Positions 25,368 to 38,640 of a DNA stretch of 64,000 nt are shown piece after piece. The notes beneath the pieces are model-generated. The model ran no database searches, was not told the DNA's origin, and saw only the letters and a program-made list of their open reading frames with translations. The stretch comes from Azolla caroliniana. Lineage: Eukaryota; Plantae; Polypodiophyta. Position 1 is the stretch's first letter. Every line of letters starts with the position of its first letter. The position numbers were made by a program, and so were the translations under genes. The stretch lies in NCBI GenBank assembly GCA_043228905.1, contig JBHGNT010000015.1, positions 13,268,001-13,332,000 on the forward strand, written 5' to 3'.

Positions 25368-27824
25368 TGAAAGTATTGAACCATCGGCATTGTACTTTAC
25401 CTTGTACACCCACTTACATCCGATCGGTTTACATTGTCAGGGAGGGTCAACTAGGTCCCATGTGTCGTGGGCATCAAGTGCCCGCATTTCCTCCTCCATA
25501 GCGGCACGCCAATGTGCGTCCTTTGCCGCTTCTGTGTAGCTCTCCGGCTCACGCACTTCCGCCACCTTGGTCATGTATGCATAGTGATGCGCCATGTACT
25601 CATTGTACCCGTACCGCTTTACGGGGTTCTTTTGATGGGAAGACCGGCGTAATCTATCGGTACCCGGTTTGAGGCCCTTCTTGGCCGGTTCGGACTTCAT
25701 TCTCGAAGATCCACTTTCATCCTTTCCGGAGTCGGATTCGCCCCGATCTGACTCAACGTTGCCGGTTTCATATTCCGACATCTTCTTCTTCCCCTTCTCT
25801 TTGTGCATTAACCGTCTCCTTGGTTCCTTGCGCGGGGAGAGCACAACAAAGTCTCCATTACTCGCCGGTTCCTCATCTGAGTGGTCATCCTGACTTAGCC
25901 GCTCATTCGGTCCATTTAACCGAAATGAGATCAGACTCTCTTCTAGAGTGCCGAGGTCTTCATCTTCTATCTGGAACGGTTCAGGCTCACTAGCCTCATC
26001 CTCCGGTATAGGGTCGGGGTTGGAAGTCGGAGCTGGTAAGGCATACCATGTTGCCGTCTCGTCAAACTGAACATCCCAACTAACTCGGACCTGCTTTGTC
26101 TGGGGGTTATAACACTTATACCCCTTTTGCTCATGCGAGTAATTGATTAGGATGCATTTCTCCAACTTTGCATCCAACTTCCTCCGCTTCTCATCCGGCA
26201 CATGACATATGCAATGCTACCGAATATCCGAAGGTGTCTCAGATTTGGTTTGCGCCCAAAATATAGCTCATGCGCGGACACCTTGTCACTGATCCGGTTT
26301 TGGATGTAGACGGCCGTCCGGACCGCCTCTGCCCAGTAGAAATGGGGCATGCTCTTCTCCTCCAGCATTGCCCTTGCCGTATCGACAATCGACTGGTTCT
26401 TCCTTTCGGCCACACTGTTTTGCTCTGGTGTGTATCTGCAACTAAACTCTCTCTGAATTCCTATTTGCTACAGATAACTGTTGAATTGGCTGGAAAAATA
26501 TTCTTTTTCGCCATCCAACCGCAGGCACTTGATCTTCCTCTCCGTTTCCCGTTTAACCAGGTTTTGCAGGTTCCGGAAACACTCGAAGACTTCGCTCTTC
26601 CGCTCAATGAGGTAGATCCATGTGTGCCGACTGTAGTCGTCTATGAAGGAGACGAAATACCGACTCCCGCCAAGACTAACGTTCTGTGCCGGTCCCCATA
26701 CATCCGAATGAATAAGGTTGAGCTTGTTATGGCTACGATTTCGTTCGGTGGGGAATGGAAGCCGGGGTTGCTTCCCTAGCTGGCATGCTTCACATATTTG
26801 GGCCTTCTGGCCACTGAACTTCGGCAAACCGAAAACAACTTGTTTCGTCTGTAGGTCTTGAAGCCTCTGGTAATTGATGCGGTTGATCCTCTTGTGCCAC
26901 AGGACGATGTCTGATTCAACCTTCTGTCCTTTGGCGAACAAAGCGGTGCCGATGTCATTGGTGTCGAGGATGAACATCCTTCCGTCTCTATGCCCTTGTG
27001 CAATGATTTGGCCCTCTTCCTCGATGAAGCACCCGAGGTGCGTAAACCGCACATGCATTCCTTGGTCTACAATCTGTCCAACCGACACTAGGTTCTTCGT
27101 GATGGTCGGAACGTGTAATACGTGTCGAGAACTCAACGTTCCTTATGTGCAACGCTCGGCCACAACCGAGCTTAGAATGATACACAGAAAATGGGAAATA
27201 AGACGTGACACAAAGAAGAGAAAAAAAAAGGTACACAGGAGGTTTACGTGGAAAACCCCAAACTAGGGGAAAAACCACGGCAGCCCACTGGCTGCAAACT
27301 GTCACTATGTAAGAATGTACAACAGTGAGTTCACTGAGGCAACGACCTCGTGCTCACAGATCTTCGCTACAGGCGGCGGTTACAACAGAGGCAACAACCT
27401 CTTTCTCTCTCTCTCTCTCTCTCTCTCTGTACAGTTATGCACACTGATCTCGTGCACAACAGAAAATGACAACAACCTACTAAAAGTTTGCCCTAAGTCA
27501 TATTTATACTAATATGACTTTTCGGCTGTTTACAAATATAGCCTCGATGAACTCTCAGAAAACATATTTACAAATATGTCTCTTCATCCGGTTCATACCG
27601 GGTCTGCGCCATCCGGCTCTCCGTAGCCGGGTACTCCTCATCCGGTCTTCACCGGGTCTGTATCATCTGGCTCTCCGTAGCCGGGTACTCCTCATCCGGT
27701 CTTCATCGGGTCTGTATCATTCGGCTCTCCGTAGCCGGGTCCTCATACGGTTTCGGCACTGTTCATCGGCACTGTTCTTCTCCCTTCCCATCCGGAGGAA
27801 CCTATCTCCCAACAAACTCCCCCT

Positions 27825-30800
27825 TCACTCCGGCATGGGGTGTCTTACCAGTCCGATTCTCTTCCGGCATGCATCCAGCTTGTCGGGTATCAACACTTTG
27901 GTCAGCATATCTGACCCGTTCTCGACCGTGTGGATCTTCATCAGCGCGAACTCCTGGTCATCTACTCTTTCACGGATCCAGTGGTACCTCCGCTGGATAT
28001 GTTTCGTCCGGGAATGGTAGGCCGCATTCTTAGCAAGGTGGATGACACTTTGACTGTCGCAATAGAGTCGGTATTCATCTTGTCGGATACCGAGCTCTCC
28101 GATGAAGTCCTTCATCCATAATATTTCCTTGCCGGCTTCCACAACTGCCATGTACTCCGCCTCTGTGGTTGACAATGCAACTGTCTTCTGCAGCCTCGAC
28201 TGCCACGAAACAGCTCCCCCTGCATATGTCATCACATACCCGGATGTAGACCGGCTGGTATCCACATCAATCGACATGTCCGAATCGGTGAAATCGTCCA
28301 GTTGAGGTTTTCCGGAGCCGAATCGGAGACACATATTTGAAGTGCCCTTCAAATACCGGAGTATCCATTTGACCGCGTTCCAGTGCTCCTTGCTGCGATT
28401 ACTCATGAACCGGCTCACCACTCCAACTGCGTATCCTATATCCGGTCGAGTACAAACCATTGCGTACATCAAGCTCCCGATGGCAGAGGCATATGGAATC
28501 TTCATCATATCCGTCTTCTCTGCTTTCTTCTTCGGGCTTTGCTTGCCGGATAGCCTGCAGTTTGCCGGAAGTGTCGATCCGACCGGTTTCGCTTCTGACA
28601 TGTTGAACCGGTGAAGCACCTTTGTCACATACTTCTCCTGTGACAGCCATAATTGCTTCTCTGACCGGTTCCGGATGATGTGCATCCCCAACATCTGTCT
28701 TGCCGGACCCAAGTCTTTCATTGAGAAGGTCCGGTTGAGAGCCTTCTTCAGCATCCGTATTTTGACTTGGTCACGTCCGACGATCAACATGTCATCCACA
28801 TACAGAAGGAGTATTAGGAAGTCGCCTCCTTCGAACTTCTTCACAAACACACAGTGATCGGCCTGTGTCTTGTGGTACCCTTGATCGGCCATGAAGGAAT
28901 CAAACTTCCGGTACCATTGCCGGGGAGCCTGCTTCAGTCCGTACAGGCTCTTCTTCAACCGGCATACCAGGTGCTCCTTCCCTTTCTCCACGAATCCTTC
29001 CAGTTGCTGCATGTAGATCTCCTCTTCGAGGTCACCGTGAAGGAATGCCGTCTTCACGTCCAGCTGCTCTACCTCGAGGTCCATGCTTGCTGCTATACTC
29101 AGCACCGTCCGGATGGAGGTCATCTTTACTACTGGGGCAAATATCTCGTCGAAGTTCACGCCCTTCTTCTGCTGGAACCCCTTCACCACGATCCTGGCTT
29201 TGTATCTCGGGGGGTTGCTGGTATCTCCCGGTTTCAACTTGTACACCCACTTGTTTCGGAGTGCCTGCTTTCCTTTCGGCAACTCCACCAATTCGTACGT
29301 ATGGTTCTCATGCAGGGAATCCATCTCATCCTGCATGGCACTTAACCATTTTCGGCTGTGGGTGTCTTCCTTCGCTTCTTCGAAGCTTTCGGGCTCCCCC
29401 TCATCAGTCAGCAGAACATGCTCTGCATCCGGAAATCTCTGGGGGGGCCTTCTCTCTCTGAGAGGATATCTCCGTCTTTGGGCTTCGGTGACCGGCTCAT
29501 CCATCTGCTCTTCATCCGAATCCGATTCAGGGTCTTGGCCGGTTCCAGTTTCAGCTTCCTCTACTTCTTCTTCAGCCTGTTCGGTATCCTCACCGTAACC
29601 GTCTGGTCCCTCGAGTGCTAACCGGTCTCTTGCCGGTTGGGACTGCTCATCGTAGAGTCGATCCTTACCGGTCGACTCGGAGTTCATTATCTTCTTCTCC
29701 GACTCCCAGTCGGCGAGCGTCTTGTTCTCCATGAAGATAATATCTCAACTCCAAAATACCTTCTTGTCGACCGGGTCCCACACTCAGTAGCCGAACTCAT
29801 CGTCACCGTAACCGAGGAATATGCATGGCCGGGTCTTTGGATCTAACTTTCCTCTCCGATCCTTAGCTACATGCACGTACGCGAGACACCCGAATACCTT
29901 CAGATGCCGGTAGGATACTTCCTTACCGGTCCACACTCTCTATGGCGTGTCTCCGTCCAAGGGTACTGAGGGTGATCTGTTTATCACATATGTCGCCGTC
30001 GACAGTGCCTCAGCCCAAAACTTCTTGGGTAGTTTTGCATGCGCTAGCATACTCCGGACCCTCCCCATTATGGTCCGGTTCATCCTCTCGACCAGTCCGT
30101 TTAGTTCCGGCGTCTTCGGCACGGTAAATTCGAGCCGGATTCCCTTCGAGCATCAGTACTCCTCGAACTGCCCCCGGTATTCTCCTCCGTTATCTGCTCG
30201 AACCGCCTTCAGCTTCCGGCCGGTTTCTCTTTCCACTCTCGCGTGGAGCTCTTTGAAGACGGATAGCACCTGATCCTTCGTCTTCAGCGGTGTAGCCCAC
30301 AGCTTCCGGCTGTGGTCATCTATGAATGTCACGAAGTACTGCGCTCCGGCATGTGACTTCGTGTCTACTTGACACACATCCGTATGCACCAACTCCAGTG
30401 GTGCATTACGTCTCATCGGTGGCCTTGGTCGGAAGGAGGTCCGGTTTTGCTTACCGGCCAGACAATCAGTGCACTTCTCCAAGTGCACGTTCTTCATTGG
30501 AATGAGGTTGTCTTCTGCAAGCCTCTTCATCCCCTTCTCGCTCATGTGACACAGCCTCTTGTGCCATAGCTCACCGGCAGTGTCGGATGCCACGTTCACT
30601 TCCTCCGGACATAACCGGGCATTCATTAGGTACAGAGTGTTGACCTTCCGGGACCGAGCCACAATCAAGCTCGCTTTGCTGAACTTCATGACACCGTTCT
30701 AGATGCTACCCGTGTAGCCCTCATCATCTAGCCGACCGACTGATATCAGGTTCAATCGAACCTCCGGAACGTGTCGTACATCCTTCAACAGCAACTTGCA

Positions 30801-31871
30801 TCCGGTTGGTGTCGACAACCACACGTCTCCTATGCCGACAATTCGGCATGTCCCTTCATTCCCCATCCGGACACAGCCGTGATCAACGGTTGAGTAGGAT
30901 GAGAAGCATTTCCGGTCCGGGGTAAGGTGGAACGACACTCCGGAGTCTACCACCCAGGTCATGTCGTCGCCGGAAAGGTTTATCTCACTCTCCTCGGTGA
31001 TGAGCATCAACTCCTCTTCACTTGCCGCGATTGCCGTCGTTCCCTTCCAGTCCGGCCCCCTCCGGTCTTTACCGTTCCGGTCCGGGGTCCGCTTCGAATC
31101 GGTACCGTCGGTCTCCTTATCTTTCCGGAAATGCCGACAGTTCTTTTGGAAGTGTCCCGGCTTGCCGCAATAGAAGCAAGTAGGCCTCCCCCTTGACTTT
31201 GACCGTGTCCCCGACTTCTCCCGGTTCTGGGGACTACGGTTTCTATGTCTTGCGCGTTCCGATTCGGTAAGGAGTGCTTTGGAGTCGGAGCTCGTATCCT
31301 TATCTTTCCGACGCGCCTCCTCATCTAGCAAGCTCGACTTTACTCTTGCTAGGGATAACCGCTTTCCTTCCGGCCCAGCGTTGCCCAAAGTGACAACCAA
31401 CGTCTCCCAGCTATCCGGGAGGGAACCGAGCAGGAGCAGCGCTAGTACCTCATCGGCGAGAGGTACTTCCAATGAAGTTGCCTGGTGGATCAGCCCCTGG
31501 AAGGCATTCATGTGCTGCGCCATGTTGGAGCCATCTTGGTACCGGAGTCTTACTAGCTTCCGGAATACCGACACCTGATTGACAACATTTTTGTTCTGAA
31601 ACATTATGCCTATCTTCTCCCAGAGCTCATGAGCCTTGCTCTCTTCATTGAAGTTGTTGTATAGGCTCATGTCGATGAAGCACCGTATGTACGCCGTTGT
31701 CTTCATATGCATCACCTCCCATATCGCAGCGTCGATTTTGTCCGGTCTCTTGTCCCCGAACTGAACCGGCAGCCAGAGGTCTTTAACCACGAGCATGTCC
31801 CTCATCTTCGACTTCCACACTGAATAGTTGGAGCCGGTGAGCTTAAACATGCCGCCAAACGATTCGTCCAT
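27825..31871 (-). pseudogene. Element F gag-pol polyprotein (single frame, several nonsense codons)
   Basis: ORFs starting 31871, 30689, 30122 and 29732 are all in one frame. Motifs CFYCGKPGHFQKNC, WVVDSG, integrase, YVDD and RNase H KHIQRRYHWIRE. Confidence 0.93.
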
Positions 31872-32175
31872 TTTCTGTGTCGTTTCGCTCTGATACCACT
31901 TGTCGAGAACTCAACATTCCTTATGTGCAACGCTCGGCCACAACCGAGCTTAGAATGATACACAGAAAACGGGAAATAAGACGCGACACAAAGAAGAGAA
32001 AAAAAAGGTACACAGGACGTTTACGTGGAAAATCCCAAACTAGGGGAAAAACCACAGCAGCCCACAGGCTGCAAACTGTCACTATGTAAGAATTTACAAC
32101 AGTGAGTTCACTGAGGCAACGACCTCGTGCTCACAGATCTTCGCTACAGGCGGCGGTTACAACAGAGGCAACAAC

Positions 32176-32213
<38 letters not shown>

Positions 32214-32964
32214 AGTTACGCTGTCGTAGTATATTCCACACACTACGTGAAAACCATAAAATAATATATCCGATTTTAGATACATATAAATAAATAAATA
32301 ATATATCAAAAGAATTTATCATGTGCATAGGGCAGGATTCGAACCATGCACCTCCACGTAGATAAACCCCAACTTTACCATTGTAATAACTTATCTTTAG
32401 TGTTATAAATATAGATTTAATATGTATAAGACCTTTATTTACACATACCTTTATTAAAAGGTAAAAATCATGTATTCTTTAGAGTGTGAATATTTTATTT
32501 ACACGTGACATTAAAAGTGACTCATGCACATCTAGCGTGCATGAGCCCTATATTTAGGAAATGACAAAGCATCACATGCACATTTAGTGTGCATGGACAC
32601 TTTAGGTGAAAAAGCATGAAGCCATGCTTAGCCTCTTCCATCTTTATATAAGGAGGAGAGAAATATGTATAAGGTTGTTGATTAATATACAAGGATTGAT
32701 CAATCTAATATATTCGTGGGATTCACGAATTTTGCCATCTAATTGCTCTTATAATCTAAATATTGTTTTAATTACACTAAACTCGTGGGATTCACGAGAT
32801 TTCTATCTTACTTCTCTTTCCACTATTCCTAACTAACCTTAAGTTGTATTCCTCTTCCTCCTAGTCATAAACCTCGGCGGTTCCCACCCGACTCACGCAA
32901 CGATCCGGAGCCGAAGGGCACGACATAGTTGGTGAACCCGACGTGAAGACTGGGTGGCAAGGAG

Positions 32965-35008
32965 ATGGAAAATCAACCGGAGGCTAGCAACATGATGATG
33001 ATGTTCGAGCGCATGCTACAAGAACAACGCGCGATGTCGGAGATAGCGGCATCAGTGGAGCGGCTCGTGCAACGAAACGGGCAATTCGACGGGAAAGACG
33101 TGTCGCGGTATCTTCGGGACTACAAGGCGGAGATGCTACGGTGCGGAATATCGGAAGGACTGCAAGTGACGTCCTTCAACCGGGTGACGACCGACGGGCT
33201 TCAAGCAAGCATCCATGGGCTACGACAGCAAAATCCGACATGGGAGGCGTTTGAAGTAGAGCTAAAGAGGACGTTCGCTATCGAGGATTCCTCCAAGGCG
33301 ACGCGAAGGGGATTCGAAGATTGGGTGGAGACGCCGGACAAGGGATCGAAGGTCGTTGATGTGTTTTCGGCATTCGAAAGCCGGTTCGGGAGGTTGTTCG
33401 CGAGAGATCAAGCTATCCTCGTACCGGACAAGGTGATCATGTTCTTGCGAGCCGTGGACATCCGGGACCGGAAAGATCTCGGAGTGCTCTTGGAGGACAC
33501 GACCACGGAGAGTGGTCTCACCGAAACATGGGAAAGCGTGCGGGATATCGTCGCGCGATACACGAAGAGGGGGCAATGGCTTGCCAACGAGGAAAAGAGG
33601 GTTTCGAAACCGATTCCGAAACCGAGAACCGGATTGGAAGACCATCAACCGAGGGCTCGAGAGACTACAACCGAGAAGGGGATTGATGCATCTACGGTGG
33701 AGCAACTATTGAAGGAGATGGAGAATCTGAAGATCGCGATGGTGAAGAAGTCGGATGACCGCCCCACAAGCTCCAAGTATACGGACCGACGGTGCATATG
33801 GTGCGATAGCGCCGAACACGATCGGAGGGATTGCGACGAGCATAAGGAGGCGCTACGGCGGGATCTCATCTACTACGAGGGAAACCGGATTCATTCGATG
33901 GACTCTCGGAAGCCACTCCGACCGAACTTCCGGAAAGGCGGCATGAAGAAGGTGCTCGAGGAGGAATTGGCGGCAAGAAGCAACTATGCGACAACCGCGG
34001 GAATATGTGTCGGGGAGTCATCGAGAGCAAAGACGTCTTTTTGGCCGGAAGTTCTAGAAAACACCGAGAAAACCGACTCCAACGAGATCCGAAGCACCGC
34101 GGAAGGCGTCCGGGAAGCTACGGTATGGGAGTGCCCTGTCGACAAGAATAGCGTATACACCCTGTGTCAATTGCATAAGGTGTATGTGGACGAGAAACGA
34201 CGACGCACGGAGGATGCGGCCGGGCCATCGAAGATACCGGAAAGCTGGAACTCCGGAGGTAAGGGAAAAGAAAAGGCGACTCCGGCATTCAAGCTCGCCT
34301 CGGACATAGAACAACAAACCGACTTGAAAAGAGTGTTCGAGGAAAGAATCTTGGATAGCCGGGTAGATTTCTCGCTTCGGGAGCTACTCGGAATAGCAAA
34401 GAAGGAGTTCCACGATCTTCTTGTAGATCTCGTGAAGCGAAAAAGACAAAGTACGGAGGAAAATGCTCCAAGGGTGAATGCGAACACCGTTTTAATGAAC
34501 GACACCGAAGTGGAGGACGAAATTCCTAAACTCCCACTATACAAGGCCACATTGGGCACGCGCGACTACGGAGACTCCGGTCCGAATCGGCAACATCAAA
34601 GAACCCGTGCTAGCATTGATTGATCACGGATCGGAGATCAACTTGATGTCCAAGGAGTTCTACCGGAAGGGGAAGTGGCCTATTAACACCAACCATGGAT
34701 GGAAGATTCGGGCGGCCACCAAAGCAACGGAAGATCTATTTGCGGCTTATCTGGATGTGACGGTGAAGATCGGGGATGTCGAGATCGACCAAAATTTCTT
34801 CGTGCAAGATGAGGTTTCACATTCCGTCATCCTCGGCCAACCCTTTATCACGGCATCACGGATGGAGACGAAGGTGCTCGATAGCGGTGCGGCTTTTGCG
34901 CGAATTCGGAGCCAAAACGGTGGGAAATCCGTCCAATTCCTAACGGTGCCGGCAAATCACGAAAGGAACAAGAGGGAACTCTTGTCCCAAGTGAGAATGA
35001 ATTTTTAA
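32965..35008 (+). pseudogene. gag: Element B ORF1: gag-protease
   Basis: FDGKDVSRYL, CIWCDSAEHDRRDC knuckle and protease LIDHGSEIN. One frameshift near 34530; the corresponding stretch is continuous in copy C. Confidence 0.88.
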
Positions 35009-38000
35009 AGCGGACTGTTGCGGAGTGGGGAAGTGATAGTCCGAGAAGCCCTGATACCCCACACAGGAAGAAAACTCTCGGAGCAAAACATGTACGAATC
35101 GGTCCGGATGGGGCATCTACGTACACGACCGTAACCGGAGGATTGAAGAAAGGATACCGACAAGTGGAGGATAAGTTGCGGTCGGCATCAATAATAAAAG
35201 AAGATGAAGAAATCGTGGGGATAGTCGAAGAAGTGTTTTATGAGAGCATGCTACAACGACTTGAAGAGCTTGCGGAAGATAAAAGCCAAGGGAACCGGGT
35301 AGTCCCGGTGGAATCGGTCGAGATGTACGAGATCATTGCGAAAATGGAGCCGGATACGCTCCGCAAAGAAGAAGCAATGGTAAGTACGAAATACAAGACC
35401 GTGGAGAAGAAGGTGAAACCGGCCGCGGGACCACTACCCGCCGATACCGAACAAAAGAGGAAAGAAGTCTCGGGAGATCCGACACTTCGGAAGTCCGTGG
35501 ATATCGGACATGCCTTCACGGATGAGACCCGGAAGAAACTTCGGATCGGTGGAGGTGGGTTCCTATTACAAAAAGAAGAAGAACGGTTTTGCGAGATGTT
35601 GGAGCAACACGGCAAAGCGTTTGCATTTACATCAAGGGAGATAGGGTGCGTCGATCCGAGAATAGTGGAGCCGATGGTGATCTTCACGATTGACCATGTA
35701 CCGTGTAACCTGAAGCCAATTCCGGTGCCATGAGCGCATATTCCGAAAGTCATTGACTTGCTCAAGGAGAAGGTGGCGATGGGGATTCTAGAGCCATCAA
35801 CTGCTCCGTACTCAAATCGATGGTTTACGGTTCCGAAGAAGAATGGGTCACTCCGATTTATCCAAGACTTGCAACCGGTGAATAAGGTCACGATCCAGAA
35901 CTCGGGAGTCGGTCCGATAGTGGACGAATTTGCGGAAGCTTTTGCCGGTCGTGCGATATACTCCATCGGAGACCTATACTCGGGGTATGACCAATTCCAA
36001 CTAGCCGTGGAGAGCCGAGACATCACAACCATGCGAACACCGATAGGATTAGTCCGAATGTGCACACTACCACAAGGAGCGACAAACTCGGTTGCTCATA
36101 TGATTAACGCGATGAACAAGGTGCTTCGAGACTGCATTCCGGAGATAACGATGCCGTTCCTCGATGACATTCCGATGAAAGGATGCGCGGTAGAAGAAAA
36201 AGATGAGACTATGGATGATCGGGGATGCCGAAAGTTCGTGGTCGACCATATTCATGATTGCGAGAAATTGTTGCGAAAGCTAGAAGATGTGCACCTAACA
36301 CTTTCCGGGGAGAAATCGGCATTCGGGCAAGAAGAAATATTGGTGGTCGGACATCTATGTGGGCCCTACGGCCGAAGACCGTCACCAACAAAGATCGATG
36401 CGATTCAAGCTATGGAGGAAGTATGCGAGTCAACATCCGAAGTCTAAAGGTTTCTCGGTGCATGTGCATTCTATCACATATGGATTACGCACTATGCACA
36501 TATAGCGGACCCGCTCTACCACTTGTTGAGGAAAGGTAAGAAATTCGAATGGAAACCGGAACACACCAAAGCCATGAAGAAATTGAAGAAGACACTTCGG
36601 AGGGCGGAAGCACTTAAGAAGCCGAGCTATGACCGACCGATCATAGTAACGGTTGATACAAGTCCAACCGGTATCGGGTGGGTCATCAATCAAGCCGACT
36701 CGGATGGTTCGCGGTATCCGATCCGATTCGGAGCAAAGGTTCTCAATGAAAGGCAACGAGGATATGCACAAGTCAAAAGAGAACTTTGGGGAGTCGTGTC
36801 GGCGATAAAATCGGATCGGGATTATTTGATCGGAGCCGAAGTGGTGATCGAGACAGATTGTCTTCCGATACTCGGGATGATGCGGTGTTGTACGATACCG
36901 GATGTAGCTATGCTAAGGTGGGTTGCATATGTCAAGTCGCTTAATCCGGAGGTTCGACACATCTCGGGGAAGGACAACGCGGTAGCGGATATGTTATCAA
37001 GGGCTCGGTTCGGAGACGACATAACCGAATCGGATAATGAAGAAGTTTTCGAAGACTACTTCGCGTCGGAGCACATATGCCGAGTAAACGTAATCCGAGA
37101 ATTCCGGGAAGAAGAATACGAGGGAGAAAGCTTGATGATCGGAAAGATGTTACAAGAGGCCGAGGATTCAACAAACGATAAAGGAAGAAGAGCCGAGATC
37201 CGAAGGAAGAAGAGGCAAGTCCAAAAGTTCTTCTTGGAAAACGGAATAATATGGAGGGCGCCGAAAAGACCGGATGGTATACCACTTCGAGTAGTCGGGA
37301 CAAAAGAGCAACGAAACCGGATAATGTCCGAGTTTCACAAATCTGATTGGGCTGGACACCGAGGAACATGGGCAACATTTGTGAAGATCAAGCAAAAATA
37401 TTGGTGGAAGAAAATGTACAAAGATGTCGCGGAGTTCACGGAAAGCTGCGAGAAATGTCAAGTCTACTCCGGGGTTCGACATCGAGATGAGTTACATCCG
37501 ACATTCTCACCGACAATCAACTTCAACTGGATGGTTGACATAGTGGCCATGCCGACCGGGATCGGACAAAAGAAATACTTGGTATTAGCTCGGGAAGATC
37601 TCACGAATCAAGTAGAAGGTCGAGCGCTTCAGAGGAAAACGTGTTCCGCGGTATGCCAATTTCTTTTGGAGGAAGTATTTTGCAGGTACGGGTGCGTAGG
37701 ACAAGTGATTGCGGACCGGGGAGAACTCGACTCGGACAAAGCTAGGGGATTCTTCGCCAAACACGGAGTTCGGTTATCGTTGACAACGGCATACAATCCG
37801 GAGGCCAACGGGAAAATCGAACGAGGACATAGTCCGATCGTGAAAGCACTTGCGAAGGCATGCGATGGAAAGGTGAAGGACTGGCCGCAGATGCTTCCGT
37901 ATGCACTATGGGCGGATCGGACGACGCATAGATCCATAACCGGTTACATGCCGGCAGAACTCATGACCGGACAAGCACCGGTAATGCCGACAGAAACCGC

Positions 38001-38640
38001 GATCGCAACATGGACAGTGCTACCGTGGAAGGAAGAGATGAGCCGGGAAGAACTACTAGCGGTCCAGATACGACAACTAGAGGGAAGACCGGCAGACATA
38101 GCGGAAGCAATACGCCGACAACAAGAAGCACGATTAAGGAACAAAAGCCGGTTCGACACAAAGCACCGACTACGACCGAGGAGGATTGAAGAAGGAGATT
38201 GGGTGATCGTCTATGACAGTAGTTTGGACCATCAACATACAACGATGCGGAAATTCGCGAAAAGGTGGTTCGGGCCATACGAGGTTCGGAAAGTCTTCGA
38301 CAACGGAACGTACCGACTGTCCGAGTTGGATGGAACAATATTACGAGTGCCTATAGCCGGGAAGCGGGTGAAGATTTTCAAGAAGCGGACCGACGACAAA
38401 CCCTATGTGATCCAAGCCAAGGCCGACAACGAGGAGCAATCGGATGAAGACCACGGTGATGCGGGAAGCGAAGAAAGTGAATTACAACTCATAGTCGACA
38501 TAAGGGGAGAATCGGAGGAAGCTTTGGGTGAAGACGGATATGGGGAATCGAGAACTTCAGCACATACCGGAGGATGTGCGGGTTCGGAGGGGGCGAGTGT
38601 CGTAGTATATTCCACACACTACGTGAAAACCATAAAATAA
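34999..38640 (+). pseudogene. pol: Element B ORF2: RT-RNase H-integrase (-1 frame), no chromodomain
   Basis: LRFIQDLQPVN, DLYSGY, PFLDD, VDTSP, HHCC, DDE and GPY motifs. In-frame stops at 35731 and 36445. Confidence 0.92.

Noticed and set aside
27514-28020. ORFs with repeated peptides in the F LTRs (also 39378-39830)
   Set aside because: Translation of the ~54-bp U3 tandem repeat; no evidence of coding function.
32329-32390. Genuine tRNA genes at the GGTTCGAATCC motifs
   Set aside because: Acceptor and anticodon stems do not pair and all instances lie in LTRs. They are reported as tRNA-like promoter cassettes instead.
35238-36065. Long antisense or alternative-frame ORFs over pol genes (also 7947-8585, 29083-29598, 46765-47283)
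   Set aside because: Shadow ORFs of codon-biased retroelement coding sequence with no recognisable domains.
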